Assembly (NCBI GenBank): GCA_046735335.1
Contig: JBKPTE010000004.1
Location: 6,406-70,405, forward strand
Reading direction: 5' to 3'
DNA length: 64,000 nt
Source of the DNA: Acidobacteriota bacterium
GTDB lineage: Bacteria > Acidobacteriota > Vicinamibacteria > Vicinamibacterales > 2-12-FULL-66-21
A model generated the notes under the pieces. It did no database searches. It was given only the letters and a program-made list of their open reading frames with translations, and was not told the origin of the DNA. Position numbers and translations under genes: made by a program. Of the stretch, positions 39,996 through 50,171 are shown one piece after another. Position 1 is the first letter of the stretch; every line of letters begins with the position of its first letter.

Positions 39996-42900
39996 ATGAG
40001 ACTCAACCGGCTCTGGCTGCAACGGGCGAGCAGTGTCTCGGTTATCAGATGCGTTCTGGCGGCGTCTGCAGCGACCATCATCGCGTGGACCGTCGTCTCG
40101 TCTGGTACCGAAACGTCCGCGGCTGCGGATCCCGTTCTCACGGTGCCGCCTGGTTTCGAGATTGAGAAGGTGGCCGGTCCGCCGCTCGTCAATCGGCCGA
40201 TCGTCGCGGATTTCGATGACGAGGGCCGGCTCTACGTCGCGGATTCGTCCGGGTCGAATGACAAGGTCGAGAAGCAGCTCGCCGAGAAGCCGCATCGCAT
40301 CGTGAGGCTCGAAGACAAGGACGGCGACGGCCGCTTCGATTCGAGCGTCGTCTTTGCCGACAGGATGATGTTCCCGGAAGGGACGATGTGGTTCGACAGC
40401 TCACTCTACGTCGCGGCGCCGCCGAGCATCTGGAAGCTGACGGACACGGACGGCGACGGTGTCGCCGATCGTCGCGAGGAGTGGTTCCAGGGCAAGACGC
40501 TCACCAGCTGCGCCAACGATCTCCACGGACCGTACCTTGGCCCTGACGGCTGGATCTACTGGACGAAAGGCGCATTCGCGGAGCAGACCTACGAACGGCC
40601 CGGGAAGGCGCCGCTCGTCACGCGCGCGTCGCACATCTTTCGCCGGAATCCAGTGGACGGCTCGATCGAGCCAGTGATGACCGGCGGGATGGACAACCCC
40701 GTCGACGTCGCATTCACGCCAACCGGCGAGCGGATACTCACCGCGACGTTCTTCGAGCATCCACAGCTCGGGCGGCGCGACGCGCTGATTCACGCGCTGT
40801 ACGGCGGCGTGTATGGGAAGCCGCACGCCGTCATCGACGGACACAAGCGGACCGGCGACTTGTTGCCCGCGTTGACGCAGTTTGGCCCCGCGGTGCCGTC
40901 CGGTCTCACGCGCTACGCGTCGCGCGTGTTCGGCGACGGGTATCGCGACAACTTCTTTGCCGCCCTCTTCAACATGCAGAAGGTCACCCGCCACGTGCTG
41001 GAGCCGAGCGGAGCGACCTTCACGAGCCATGATTCCGACTTCGTCGTGTCGACGAGCCGCGATTTCCATCCGACGGATGTACTCGAAGATGCGGATGGCA
41101 GCCTGCTCGTCGTGGACACGGGCGGCTGGTACAAGCTGTGTTGTCCCTCCTCGCAGCTGGCCGCGCCAGACGTGCTGGGGGCGATCTATCGCGTGAGGCG
41201 CAAGGGCGCGCCTCGGATTGCGGACGCGCGCGGCCGCACCCTCGCGTGGACGACGATGACTGCGGCGGATGCCGCGAAGCTGCTCGACGAGGAGCGGCCG
41301 GCCGTTCAGAGTCGTGCGATCGCGCAACTCGCGAAGGCCGGGGAGGGTGCGACACCCGTACTCAACGACGTCCTGAAGACCTCGCCGTCCGCCGATGCCA
41401 GGCGCAATGCCGTGTGGGCGCTCACGCGGATTCGGACGACCGGGGCGCGCGATGGCCTGCGATTCGCCTTGGACGACGCTGACCAGAGCGTCCGGCTCGC
41501 GGCCCTTCATTCGATCGGGCTGCTGCGCGATGCGGACGCACTGCCGCCGCTGCTGAACGCACTGAAGTCGGGCGTCCCCGCCGTGCAGCGAGCCGCCGCG
41601 GAGGCGCTGGGACGGTTGGGGGATGCGAAAGCAGTTCCCGATCTTCTCGCGACGGCCGCCTTGCCGCTCGATCGCACGCTGGAGCATTCGGTCAACTATG
41701 CGCTGATTGAGATTGACAATCCCGCCGCAACACGAGCCGCCGCGCAGGCGCCCTCGTCACGGACGCGGCGCGCGGCGTTGATCGCCCTCGATCAGATGGA
41801 CGGCGGCGACTTGACCCCGTCCGCCGTCGTGCCCTTGCTCGATTCGGCCGATCCGCTGCTGCGCGAGACGGCGTGGTGGATCGTTGGCCATCGTTCGGAG
41901 TGGGGCAATGCGCTCGCCGATTTCTTCCAGACGCATCTGGCGGCGAACGATCTCAGCTCCGCCGCCCGCGACGATTTGCAGCACAAGCTCGTCGAATTCG
42001 CGGACAACGCGGCGATTCAGGACCTGCTGGCCAGGATGGCGGAACGGCCGGCGACGAGGGCCGATCGCGAGGTCGCGCTCCGCGCGATGGCCAGGACGCG
42101 TGCGAAGGAGCTGCCGTCCTCGTGGATTCCGTCGTTGATAGAGGCGCTTTCCAGCCGCGATTTCGACGTGGCGCGCCTTGCGCTCTCGGTCGCTCGCGCC
42201 GCTCCTCCGTCGAAGGACGCGGTTCTCGCGGTGGAGACGACACTGCTGCGCGTGGCACGGAATGCCGCGTTGCCGCTCGACGTTCGCATCGACGCGCTCG
42301 GCACGGTGCACGGCGGCCTGGCGAGTGTCGATCCCGATGTCTTCGATCTGCTGCGGACCGGCCTCGAGCCCTCGCAGCCGGTCACCGTTCGCGCAGCCGC
42401 TGTCGCCGTTCTCGAGAAGGCACGCCTGGCGCCCGAGCAGCTGCTCGCCTTGACGCCCTCCCTCGAGCGCGCCGGTCCGCTGGAGCTGCCGCGCATTCTG
42501 CCCGCGTTCGATCGCGGGAGCGGCGAGGCGCTCGGGTTCGAGATGCTGGCCGCGCTCGAGCGATCGAAGGGACGATCGAGCCTTCGTGCCGACGTCCTTC
42601 GTCCTCGGCTGGCGAAGTACCCCGAGTCGGTGCGGAAGAGAGGGGAGATCCTCCTCGCCTCGCTGAATGTCGATTCCGAGAAGCAGGCGAAGCGGCTCGA
42701 TGACATTCTCGCGGCGAGCGGGGGAGGCGACATTCGCAGAGGGCAGGCGGTGTTCAACAGCCCGAAGGTGGCCTGCATCTCCTGCCACAGCATCGGGTAT
42801 CTGGGAGGGAAGATCGGACCAGACCTCACGCGAATCGGGCAGGTGCGCAGCGAGCGGGATCTCCTCGAGGCGATCCTCTTCCCGAGCGCCAGCTTCGCCC

Positions 42901-43169
42901 GCGGCTACGAGCCGGTCGTCGTCACGAAGCAATCGGGCGAGACGCTCACCGGCCTGCTGCGCAGCGAGCTGTCGGACACGATCGTGCTGGTCTCCGGCGC
43001 AGGCGCGGAGACTCGCATCCCGCGCGGCGACATCACCGACATGCAACCCGGCACGGTGTCGATCATGCCGGCGGGGCTTGCGGATCAATTGTCGCGGCAA
43101 GAGCTCGCGGATCTGCTCGCATTCCTGAAGGCGACGCAGCCGGGCGCGCTCCCGCCGCGACTGCCCTGA
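39996..43169 (+). CDS. PVC-type haem-binding protein: membrane-bound dehydrogenase-like beta-propeller, HEAT repeats and C-terminal cytochrome c
   Basis: 1057-aa ORF. It has an N-terminal FEIEKVAGPPLVNRPIVADFDDEGRLYVADS propeller, central HEAT-like repeats, and a C-terminal CISCH haem c motif. Confidence 0.85.
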   Translation: MRLNRLWLQRASSVSVIRCVLAASAATIIAWTVVSSGTETSAAADPVLTVPPGFEIEKVAGPPLVNRPIVADFDDEGRLYVADSSGSNDKVEKQLAEKPHRIVRLEDKDGDGRFDSSVVFADRMMFPEGTMWFDSSLYVAAPPSIWKLTDTDGDGVADRREEWFQGKTLTSCANDLHGPYLGPDGWIYWTKGAFAEQTYERPGKAPLVTRASHIFRRNPVDGSIEPVMTGGMDNPVDVAFTPTGERILTATFFEHPQLGRRDALIHALYGGVYGKPHAVIDGHKRTGDLLPALTQFGPAVPSGLTRYASRVFGDGYRDNFFAALFNMQKVTRHVLEPSGATFTSHDSDFVVSTSRDFHPTDVLEDADGSLLVVDTGGWYKLCCPSSQLAAPDVLGAIYRVRRKGAPRIADARGRTLAWTTMTAADAAKLLDEERPAVQSRAIAQLAKAGEGATPVLNDVLKTSPSADARRNAVWALTRIRTTGARDGLRFALDDADQSVRLAALHSIGLLRDADALPPLLNALKSGVPAVQRAAAEALGRLGDAKAVPDLLATAALPLDRTLEHSVNYALIEIDNPAATRAAAQAPSSRTRRAALIALDQMDGGDLTPSAVVPLLDSADPLLRETAWWIVGHRSEWGNALADFFQTHLAANDLSSAARDDLQHKLVEFADNAAIQDLLARMAERPATRADREVALRAMARTRAKELPSSWIPSLIEALSSRDFDVARLALSVARAAPPSKDAVLAVETTLLRVARNAALPLDVRIDALGTVHGGLASVDPDVFDLLRTGLEPSQPVTVRAAAVAVLEKARLAPEQLLALTPSLERAGPLELPRILPAFDRGSGEALGFEMLAALERSKGRSSLRADVLRPRLAKYPESVRKRGEILLASLNVDSEKQAKRLDDILAASGGGDIRRGQAVFNSPKVACISCHSIGYLGGKIGPDLTRIGQVRSERDLLEAILFPSASFARGYEPVVVTKQSGETLTGLLRSELSDTIVLVSGAGAETRIPRGDITDMQPGTVSIMPAGLADQLSRQELADLLAFLKATQPGALPPRLP

Positions 43170-43212
43170 GGATTTCCGCTCAATTCGGCTAGGATGGCTC
43201 GCGGAGGAATCG

Positions 43213-43764
43213 ATGCGTAGACGATCGAGAAGATACCTGGCAATCGTTCTCGCCTGCACCTTTGGCGTCCCGCTCGCCGCGCAGAAGGTCACCAATACCG
43301 GGAGCGGCGGTGGCGGCAGTCCGCATGTGAAAGCCGAATGGACGATCGACGGCGCCGCGATCGCGATCGAGTACGGCCGGCCATCTCTCAAGGGCCGTCC
43401 GGAGGCGCAGATGATGCCCGCCGGACAGCCGTGGCGCACCGGCGCCGATCAGGCGACGACCATCACGAGCAGCAAGCCGCTGACGTTCGGATCGATGAAG
43501 CTCGAGGCGAATACGCCGTACACCATCAACACGGTGCCCGGAGACACGCAGTGGCAGATCGTCTTCGGCAAGCTCGCGAAGCCCGGTCAATGGGGCATTC
43601 CATACCAGCCGGCGCTCGAGCTCGGTAAGGCGCCCATGACGGTCCGCACGACCGCCAAGCCGGCGGAGCAGTTGACGATTTCGATCGACGACACCGTTCC
43701 GGGCGCGACGTTGCGCATCGAGTGGGGCACCGTGAGCGCGAGCGCGCCGTTCACGGTTGGCTGA
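43213..43764 (+). CDS. DUF2911-family secreted protein
   Basis: A signal peptide is followed by SPHVKAEWTIDGAAIAIEYGRPSLKGR...WRTGADQATTIT, typical of DUF2911. Confidence 0.75.
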   Translation: MRRRSRRYLAIVLACTFGVPLAAQKVTNTGSGGGGSPHVKAEWTIDGAAIAIEYGRPSLKGRPEAQMMPAGQPWRTGADQATTITSSKPLTFGSMKLEANTPYTINTVPGDTQWQIVFGKLAKPGQWGIPYQPALELGKAPMTVRTTAKPAEQLTISIDDTVPGATLRIEWGTVSASAPFTVG

Positions 43765-43864
43765 ACGGATCGGGAATATTTTCGCGCGCTCCTTTGTTTA
43801 CCAATGCACGGCGGCGTGGCCGTAGAGCTGTGCCTCACCAGGGTGCACCAACACAGAGGAGCGC

Positions 43865-44263
43865 ATGCGGAGCTTTCGGTTGGCGATCGCGGCAACGGCA
43901 ACGCTGCTGATCGGAGCGTGTGGAGGAGATTCGCGGCCGACGTCGCCGACACCGGCACCCGCTCCAGGCAATGTCACGACCGCGAACGTGTACATCCTGC
44001 CGGGAGCCGTTGACCTCGGACCGAACGCATTCGGAGACGAAGCGATCGTGATTTACCAAGGTGAGCGCATGCGCTGGCGGAATGCGGACTCCCTCGCGCA
44101 CAACCTGGTCGCCGACACGGCCTCGCTGCCGGAATTCGCGACAACCGGGATACTCGACCCTGGAAGTGAGCGAACGTTCGCCATGCGGACGCGGGGAACG
44201 ACCACCATCCACTGCACGATCCATCCGCAGATGACAGGGACGCTGATCGTCCGGGGAAGATAA
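43865..44263 (+). CDS. cupredoxin (type-1 copper, plastocyanin/azurin-like) lipoprotein
   Basis: The lipobox LLIGAC is present. The ligand set is His in SLAHNLV plus C-x2-H-x2-M in HCTIHPQMTG. Confidence 0.75.
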   Translation: MRSFRLAIAATATLLIGACGGDSRPTSPTPAPAPGNVTTANVYILPGAVDLGPNAFGDEAIVIYQGERMRWRNADSLAHNLVADTASLPEFATTGILDPGSERTFAMRTRGTTTIHCTIHPQMTGTLIVRGR

Positions 44264-44268
44264 CGCAG

Positions 44269-47064
44269 TCAGCGGCTCGCAGCGGCGCGGCTCGAGGACA
44301 TCGATCGGAACGGAGCGCGTTCCCATGCTCGTCCTATTGGGCGCCGGCAGGGCGACTTTACCCTAATCCGCGCGTCAATGACGCGGCAGCCTCCGCCAGG
44401 CGTCAACGCAATCACCGGATTCAGATCGAGCTCCACGATCTCCGGCACACGTGTGGCGAGGCACGACATCCGCAGCAGAGCGTCGCGGAGTGCATCGACG
44501 TCGGCGGGCGGCCGTCCGCGATGGCCCGTGAGCAGCGGGTAGCCTCGAATCTCGCGGAGAAGATCGTCGGCGTCCCGGTCGGTCAGCGGGGCGACACGAA
44601 AACGTACGTCGCCGAGCAGTTCGACGTTGATCCCGCCGATGCCGAACGCGACCAGCGGACCGAACAGCGGATCGTGCGCGATGCCGAGCAGCGTTTCGAC
44701 ACCTCCGCAGATCATCGGTTGGATCAGCACGCCTTCGACCGCGTCCTCGCCGGCCGCCTCCGCCGCGCGGGCGACGATCTGAGTGAAGGCCGTTCGGACC
44801 TCGTCGGCGGACGCGAGATTCAGGCGAACGACACCCAACTCGGTCTTGTGCGCCACCTTTGCGGACGCGAGCTTCGCGGCGACGGGGAACCCAATCACCG
44901 ATGCGAAGGCGACCGCCTCGTCGGCCGTTCGCGCCAGCTTGTGAATGGCCACCGGGAAGCCGAATGCGCTCAGCACACCCCAGATGTCGTGATCGTTGAG
45001 CCACGTCTCGCCCCGCGCCAGCGCGCGTCGACAGATCGTGCGCGCATCGCCGGCGTGCTGACCGTCGAACGCCCACGACAGGCCGGCCGGCTGCGATTTC
45101 CACGCAGCGTAGGCCGCGACCTTCCCGAGCGTCCGCGCCGCGTTCTCGGGAAAGGCGTATGTCGGGATGGTTTCGCCCCAGACGCGCAGCGGCTGCGGGT
45201 CTGTCGAATCGGACATGAGGCATGCGAGCACCGGCTTGTCCAGCACGCCGCGGCTGCGCGCAGACGCGATGCCCGCGCGAATGCCGGCGACGATGTTTTC
45301 CGATGTCGACGCATCGATCGGCGTGAAGACGACGATCAGGGCGTCCACGCCCGGCGCCCTCAGCACGGTTTCGATCGCCTGGCGGTATTCCTCCGGTCCG
45401 GCCGACGCCACGAGATCGACGGGGTTCCCGACGCTCGCGGTTGCGGGCAACGCCGCCTGCAGCTCTGTCCTCACGTCGGGACCGAGGTCGGCAATCTGAA
45501 GCCCGGCGGCGTCGCAGGCGTCGACGGCGAGAATGCCGGGGCCGCCCGCGTTCGTCACGATGGCGACCCGCCGTCCGGCGGGCAACGGTTGCGCGTCGAG
45601 GCACACGGCGACATCGAACAGCTCGTCCATCGTGTCGGCGCGAATGACGCCGGTCTGCTGGAACAGCGCGTCGACTGCGGCGTCCCTCGCCGCCAGCGCG
45701 GCGGTGTGGCTTCCTGCTGCGCGCGATCCGGCCTGCGTGCGGCCGGCCTTCAACGCGACGATCGGCTTCTCCCGTCCGATGCGCCGCGCCAGCCGGGCGA
45801 AGCGCCGCGGATTTCCAAACGATTCGAGGTAGAGCAGGATCACGCGGGTCCGTGGATCCGATTCCCAGTATTCAAGGAGATCGTTGCTGGAGACGTCCGC
45901 CTTGTTGCCGACGCTGACGAACCCCGACAGCCCGATCTGACGATGGGCCGCGAGCCGGAGAATCGCGATCCCGAGTGCGCCGCTCTGCGATGACAACGCT
46001 ATCGATCCGGCGGGAGGAGAGAGCGGCGAGAACGACGCATTCATCCGGACGGCCGGGTCCATGTTGACGATCCCCATGCAGTTCGGACCGACCATGCGCA
46101 TGCCGTAGCCGCGCACGCGGTCGGTGAGCGCGGCCTGGAGCGCGACGCCGTCGGCGCCCGTCTCGGCAAATCCCGCGGTGATGACGACGAGCGATCGAAC
46201 GCCGGCCGCGGCGCAATCGTCCACGACCGTGAGTACCGACGCCGCGGGTACCGCGACGATAGCAAGGTCGACGGCGGACGGCAGATCGCGGGCTGAATGG
46301 ACCGCCGGCAGACCTGACAGCTCGCGGGCGTTCGGATGAACCGGGACGATCTGTCCGTTGTATCCGCCCGCCTGCAGCGCCCGCAGGACGCGCGAGCCGA
46401 TCTTCGACGGATTGCGCGAAGCGCCGATCACCGCGATGGACCGCGGTTCGAGCAGCGGCCGGATGGATTCGGCGGACGCGCGCCCGCAGCGCCGCTCGGC
46501 GGCGGGGATGCCTTCAGTGGAAGGCAACAGCGTGAGCTGAAGCTCGAGGACGCCCGCTCCGGTCGCAGAGCGGATCTCGAATCCCGCTTCGCGGAAGACC
46601 TCGCGAGCCCGGGAGTCACCGGAAGCCATCGACGCGTGCAGCGTGAGGAAGCCCGCCTGTGCCGCGAGGTTGGCAACGCGCTCGAGCAGCAGCGTTGCGA
46701 TCCCCGTACGCTCGAGACGCTCGTCAACCGCGACGACGACCTGCGCGGCCGCGCCGGTCAGCGCCAGGTACGACGCGACCCCGGCGATCTCATCCCCGCT
46801 GGCGAGAGAGCGGATCGCAACGAGCGTCTGAGTGTCGCGCGCGTTCACGGGCCGCGCCTCGCGATCGATCTGCGAGGGGCCTGAACCGTCCCCCGCAAGA
46901 AAGCGCCGGCATCGCGATTCGAGCGAGCGATCGCGGATGAAACGCGCAACGCCTGGCCCGTCCTTCGTCGTCGATGGTCTGATGGTGACGCGGCCGCCGT
47001 CGGGCAGAATCAGAGGCGACGAGTCCCGGGAGGTCACCGCCGGGGATTGGGGTACGGTGTGCAT
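44269..47064 (-). CDS. GNAT acetyltransferase fused to ADP-forming acyl-CoA synthetase (CoA-binding, ligase-CoA and ATP-grasp domains)
   Basis: ORF 44269..47568. The start at ATG 47064 is chosen because upstream codons overlap the divergent activator gene. It has an N-terminal GNAT fold, then IAVIGASRNPSKIG, MVGPNCMG, the catalytic-His loop AAGSHTAALA, and a C-terminal ATP-grasp. Confidence 0.85.
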   Translation of the reverse strand: MHTVPQSPAVTSRDSSPLILPDGGRVTIRPSTTKDGPGVARFIRDRSLESRCRRFLAGDGSGPSQIDREARPVNARDTQTLVAIRSLASGDEIAGVASYLALTGAAAQVVVAVDERLERTGIATLLLERVANLAAQAGFLTLHASMASGDSRAREVFREAGFEIRSATGAGVLELQLTLLPSTEGIPAAERRCGRASAESIRPLLEPRSIAVIGASRNPSKIGSRVLRALQAGGYNGQIVPVHPNARELSGLPAVHSARDLPSAVDLAIVAVPAASVLTVVDDCAAAGVRSLVVITAGFAETGADGVALQAALTDRVRGYGMRMVGPNCMGIVNMDPAVRMNASFSPLSPPAGSIALSSQSGALGIAILRLAAHRQIGLSGFVSVGNKADVSSNDLLEYWESDPRTRVILLYLESFGNPRRFARLARRIGREKPIVALKAGRTQAGSRAAGSHTAALAARDAAVDALFQQTGVIRADTMDELFDVAVCLDAQPLPAGRRVAIVTNAGGPGILAVDACDAAGLQIADLGPDVRTELQAALPATASVGNPVDLVASAGPEEYRQAIETVLRAPGVDALIVVFTPIDASTSENIVAGIRAGIASARSRGVLDKPVLACLMSDSTDPQPLRVWGETIPTYAFPENAARTLGKVAAYAAWKSQPAGLSWAFDGQHAGDARTICRRALARGETWLNDHDIWGVLSAFGFPVAIHKLARTADEAVAFASVIGFPVAAKLASAKVAHKTELGVVRLNLASADEVRTAFTQIVARAAEAAGEDAVEGVLIQPMICGGVETLLGIAHDPLFGPLVAFGIGGINVELLGDVRFRVAPLTDRDADDLLREIRGYPLLTGHRGRPPADVDALRDALLRMSCLATRVPEIVELDLNPVIALTPGGGCRVIDARIRVKSPCRRPIGRAWERAPFRSMSSSRAAASR

Positions 47065-47077
47065 GTATGGCGCGGTC

Positions 47078-47093
47078 AGCAGAAGACGTGCCA
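47078..47093 (-). promoter_or_regulatory. sigma-54 promoter match TGGCAC-gtctt-CTGCt
   Basis: Read on the minus strand. GG-N10-GC spacing is exact. The -12 GC lies 14 nt before ATG 47064. Confidence 0.55.
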
Positions 47094-47113
47094 CACCCCG
47101 CACGTACGGGTAT

Positions 47114-47153
47114 GCGGAAATCTTCGCGTCGCTGGGAACATTTCCGCGTCGCT
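47114..47153. promoter_or_regulatory. repeat-rich candidate enhancer (UAS) between divergent sigma-54 promoters
   Basis: Inverted repeat GCGGAAAT (47114-47121) / ATTTCCGC (47140-47147). Direct repeats TTCGCGTCGCT (47123-47133) and TCCGCGTCGCT (47143-47153) lie 20 bp apart. Confidence 0.35.
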
Positions 47154-47219
47154 CCGGACCTCCTGGCGGATCGACCGTCGAGATTCCGTGTGTTATGGCG
47201 GGAAACCGTCGGTCCCTCG

Positions 47220-47235
47220 TGGCACGCGGGTTGCC
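47220..47235 (+). promoter_or_regulatory. sigma-54 promoter match TGGCAC-gcggg-TTGCc
   Basis: Near-perfect consensus, 80 nt upstream of ATG 47314 of the sigma-54 activator gene. Confidence 0.65.
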
Positions 47236-47313
47236 CCTTCCCTGATAGCGATCCGTTCGGGATTCGGGGCGAGGCCGCTGACGCCATGCGGCGACACGTA
47301 ACCTGAGGACACC

Positions 47314-48365
<1,052 letters not shown>

Positions 48366-48369
<4 letters not shown>

Positions 48370-49292
48370 TCGTCGACCCGCGGGCGATCGCGGTCCCAGG
48401 ACTGCAGGACCGAGATATAAGCGTTGCGATCGAATCGAGTCCGGTCCCCGCCCAGAGCTGCACAGCCTTTGATGCCGGCAAGCGACTGGCAGCCGTGCGC
48501 CTCGCACCAGTGTTCGAGCTGCGTCCGCAGGTACGTCAGCCGCGACGGACCGTGGCGGAGCAGCGTCGAGGCGACCTGGACGGCGTCCGCGCCAGCCATC
48601 ACGGCCTTGACGACATCAATCGGTTCGTGCACGCCGCCGCTCAGCGCCAGCCACATGCGGACGCGGCCGGAGAGGATGGCGATTGCATGAAGGCGGAGCA
48701 GGAGATCGGACGAATTCGACAACTGCACCCGGACGGTCGTGCCGCGGATCTCGGGATCGATGTCCGCCTGATAGAAGCGATTGAAGACGACGAGGCCGTT
48801 GACGCCCATGCGCTCGAGCCGCATCGCCAGGTTCGGCACCGACGAATAGAACGGCGAGAGCTTGACCGCGACCGGAATCGAGACCGATTCCTTCACGACC
48901 GCCACGATGTCGATCAGGCGCTGTTCGATGGCCTGTCCGCTCTCCGTCGGGCTGGTGGCGACGTGGTAGAAGTTCAGCTCGAGCGCGTTCGCGCCGGCGC
49001 GCTCGAGCGCGCGTGCGTACTGCAGCCAGCCTTCAGGCGTCGTCCCGTTGAGAGACGCGATAATCGGCACTCCGACGTGTCGCTTGACCCGAAGGAGATG
49101 CTCGACGTACTGGCCCGGAGACGGGGCCGCGCTCCGGAGAATCTGCTCTTCGAACAACGAGTGCATCACGATCGCGGCGGCGCCGGCATCCTCGAGCCTC
49201 TGGACCATGTCCAGGTCGGCGCTCATGGGCGACGCGCCGCAGACGATCGGATGCGCCAACTCGAGACCGAGATACGTTGTCTGGAGGTCCAT
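48366..49292 (-). CDS. dihydroorotate dehydrogenase-like FMN TIM-barrel protein
   Basis: ORF 48366..50036 from ATG 49292 (308 aa). It shows [15 protein letters not shown] and [26 protein letters not shown], typical of the class-1 DHOD/DPD fold. Confidence 0.8.
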
Positions 49293-49294
49293 GT

Positions 49295-49915
49295 TCACCT
49301 GACGGTCGGCGTCACCGGACGATCTTCGAAGAGATAACCCAGCCGCACTCCGACACTCGTGATGGAATCGGTGGACCCGTTGCGGTGCACGAGCACGACG
49401 GAGGCTTCGGGGCGGATGCTGATGTTCCGATGCCTGATCAGATCGACGCCCGCGCTGAACCGCCACGCCGGATCGGTGAACGTCCGCATGCTGGTGGCTC
49501 CTCCTGCCGGTTCGAGCATGCGCATGCGGTAGAAGTCGGATACGTGCGCCGTCCGCGTGTCGATGCTCGCGCGATACAGGCCGAACGCCGCGCCGACGTA
49601 GGGCGTCGTCCGACGCCTGGCGATTACGTTGACGAGCGCGCCGACGTCGGCGCCGACGCCGTTCGTGTTGCTGCCGCGCGCGAACCAGCCGCCGCGGGCT
49701 TCGAGCGTCACCCATCGGGTAATGCTCCATCCCGCCATGCCGGCGACCACCGGAGCGGTTTCCGACGATGCGAAGGCGGTACCGATTGAGCCGCCCAGTT
49801 CCGTTCCGCGTGCCGCGAAATTCGATTGGTCTGGCGTCTGCGCGACGAGCGGCGCGGCCGTCAGGCCCGTCATCAGCGCGACGGATGCGATGCGACGACC
49901 GAGACCATTGTTCAT
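49295..49915 (-). CDS. small outer-membrane beta-barrel protein
   Basis: A signal peptide is followed by alternating-hydrophobicity strands and a C-terminal ...VGVRLGYLF barrel-like motif. It sits 2 nt upstream of the DHOD-like gene, so the two are a likely operon. Confidence 0.7.
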   Translation of the reverse strand: MNNGLGRRIASVALMTGLTAAPLVAQTPDQSNFAARGTELGGSIGTAFASSETAPVVAGMAGWSITRWVTLEARGGWFARGSNTNGVGADVGALVNVIARRRTTPYVGAAFGLYRASIDTRTAHVSDFYRMRMLEPAGGATSMRTFTDPAWRFSAGVDLIRHRNISIRPEASVVLVHRNGSTDSITSVGVRLGYLFEDRPVTPTVR

Positions 49916-49936
49916 AGGGCCCTCCGCCGTTCACGC

Positions 49937-49952
49937 AGCAGACCCCGTACCA
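49937..49952 (-). promoter_or_regulatory. sigma-54 promoter match TGGTAC-ggggt-CTGCt
   Basis: Read on the minus strand. GG-N10-GC spacing is exact. It lies 22 nt before ATG 49915, with GGAGGG in between. Confidence 0.5.
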
Positions 49953-50003
49953 ACGGCGCAGGGCAGATCCGTCTCGGGTCGCGCGACGTATCAGCGGCGA
50001 TCG

Positions 50004-50015
50004 CCGGATTTCCGG
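50004..50015. promoter_or_regulatory. palindrome CCGGA-TT-TCCGG between divergent sigma-54 promoters (candidate UAS)
   Basis: Read directly. It is flanked by the palindrome GGCGATCGCC (49996-50005). Confidence 0.3.
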
Positions 50016-50044
50016 CAGCGGCGCCTCGCAAAGCAAGGCACGCG

Positions 50045-50060
50045 TGGCACGCTCCGTGCT
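50045..50060 (+). promoter_or_regulatory. sigma-54 promoter match TGGCAC-gctcc-GTGCt
   Basis: GG-N10-GC spacing is exact. It lies about 110 nt upstream of ATG 50172. Confidence 0.5.
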
Positions 50061-50171
50061 CGGCTACATCACGAAGACTCCCAAGACAAGGCTGTGCGCC
50101 GGCTCGACTCGCGTGGAGGGCGTTGCGGAGCGCGTTCTGGCCGTCCACGTCGGGCAAGATAGTGAGAGGGA

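Noticed and set aside
35430-45993. Other large overlapping ORFs (35430..36932 -, 35446..36579 -, 40401..41687 -, 41757..43439 -, 44521..45993 +, 53452..54792 +, 54666..55961 +)
   Set aside because: Each lies opposite or out of frame to a gene with recognisable catalytic motifs (ligase, PVC haem protein, acyl-CoA synthetase, PFOR, GltD-like) and has a biased Arg/Ala/Pro composition.
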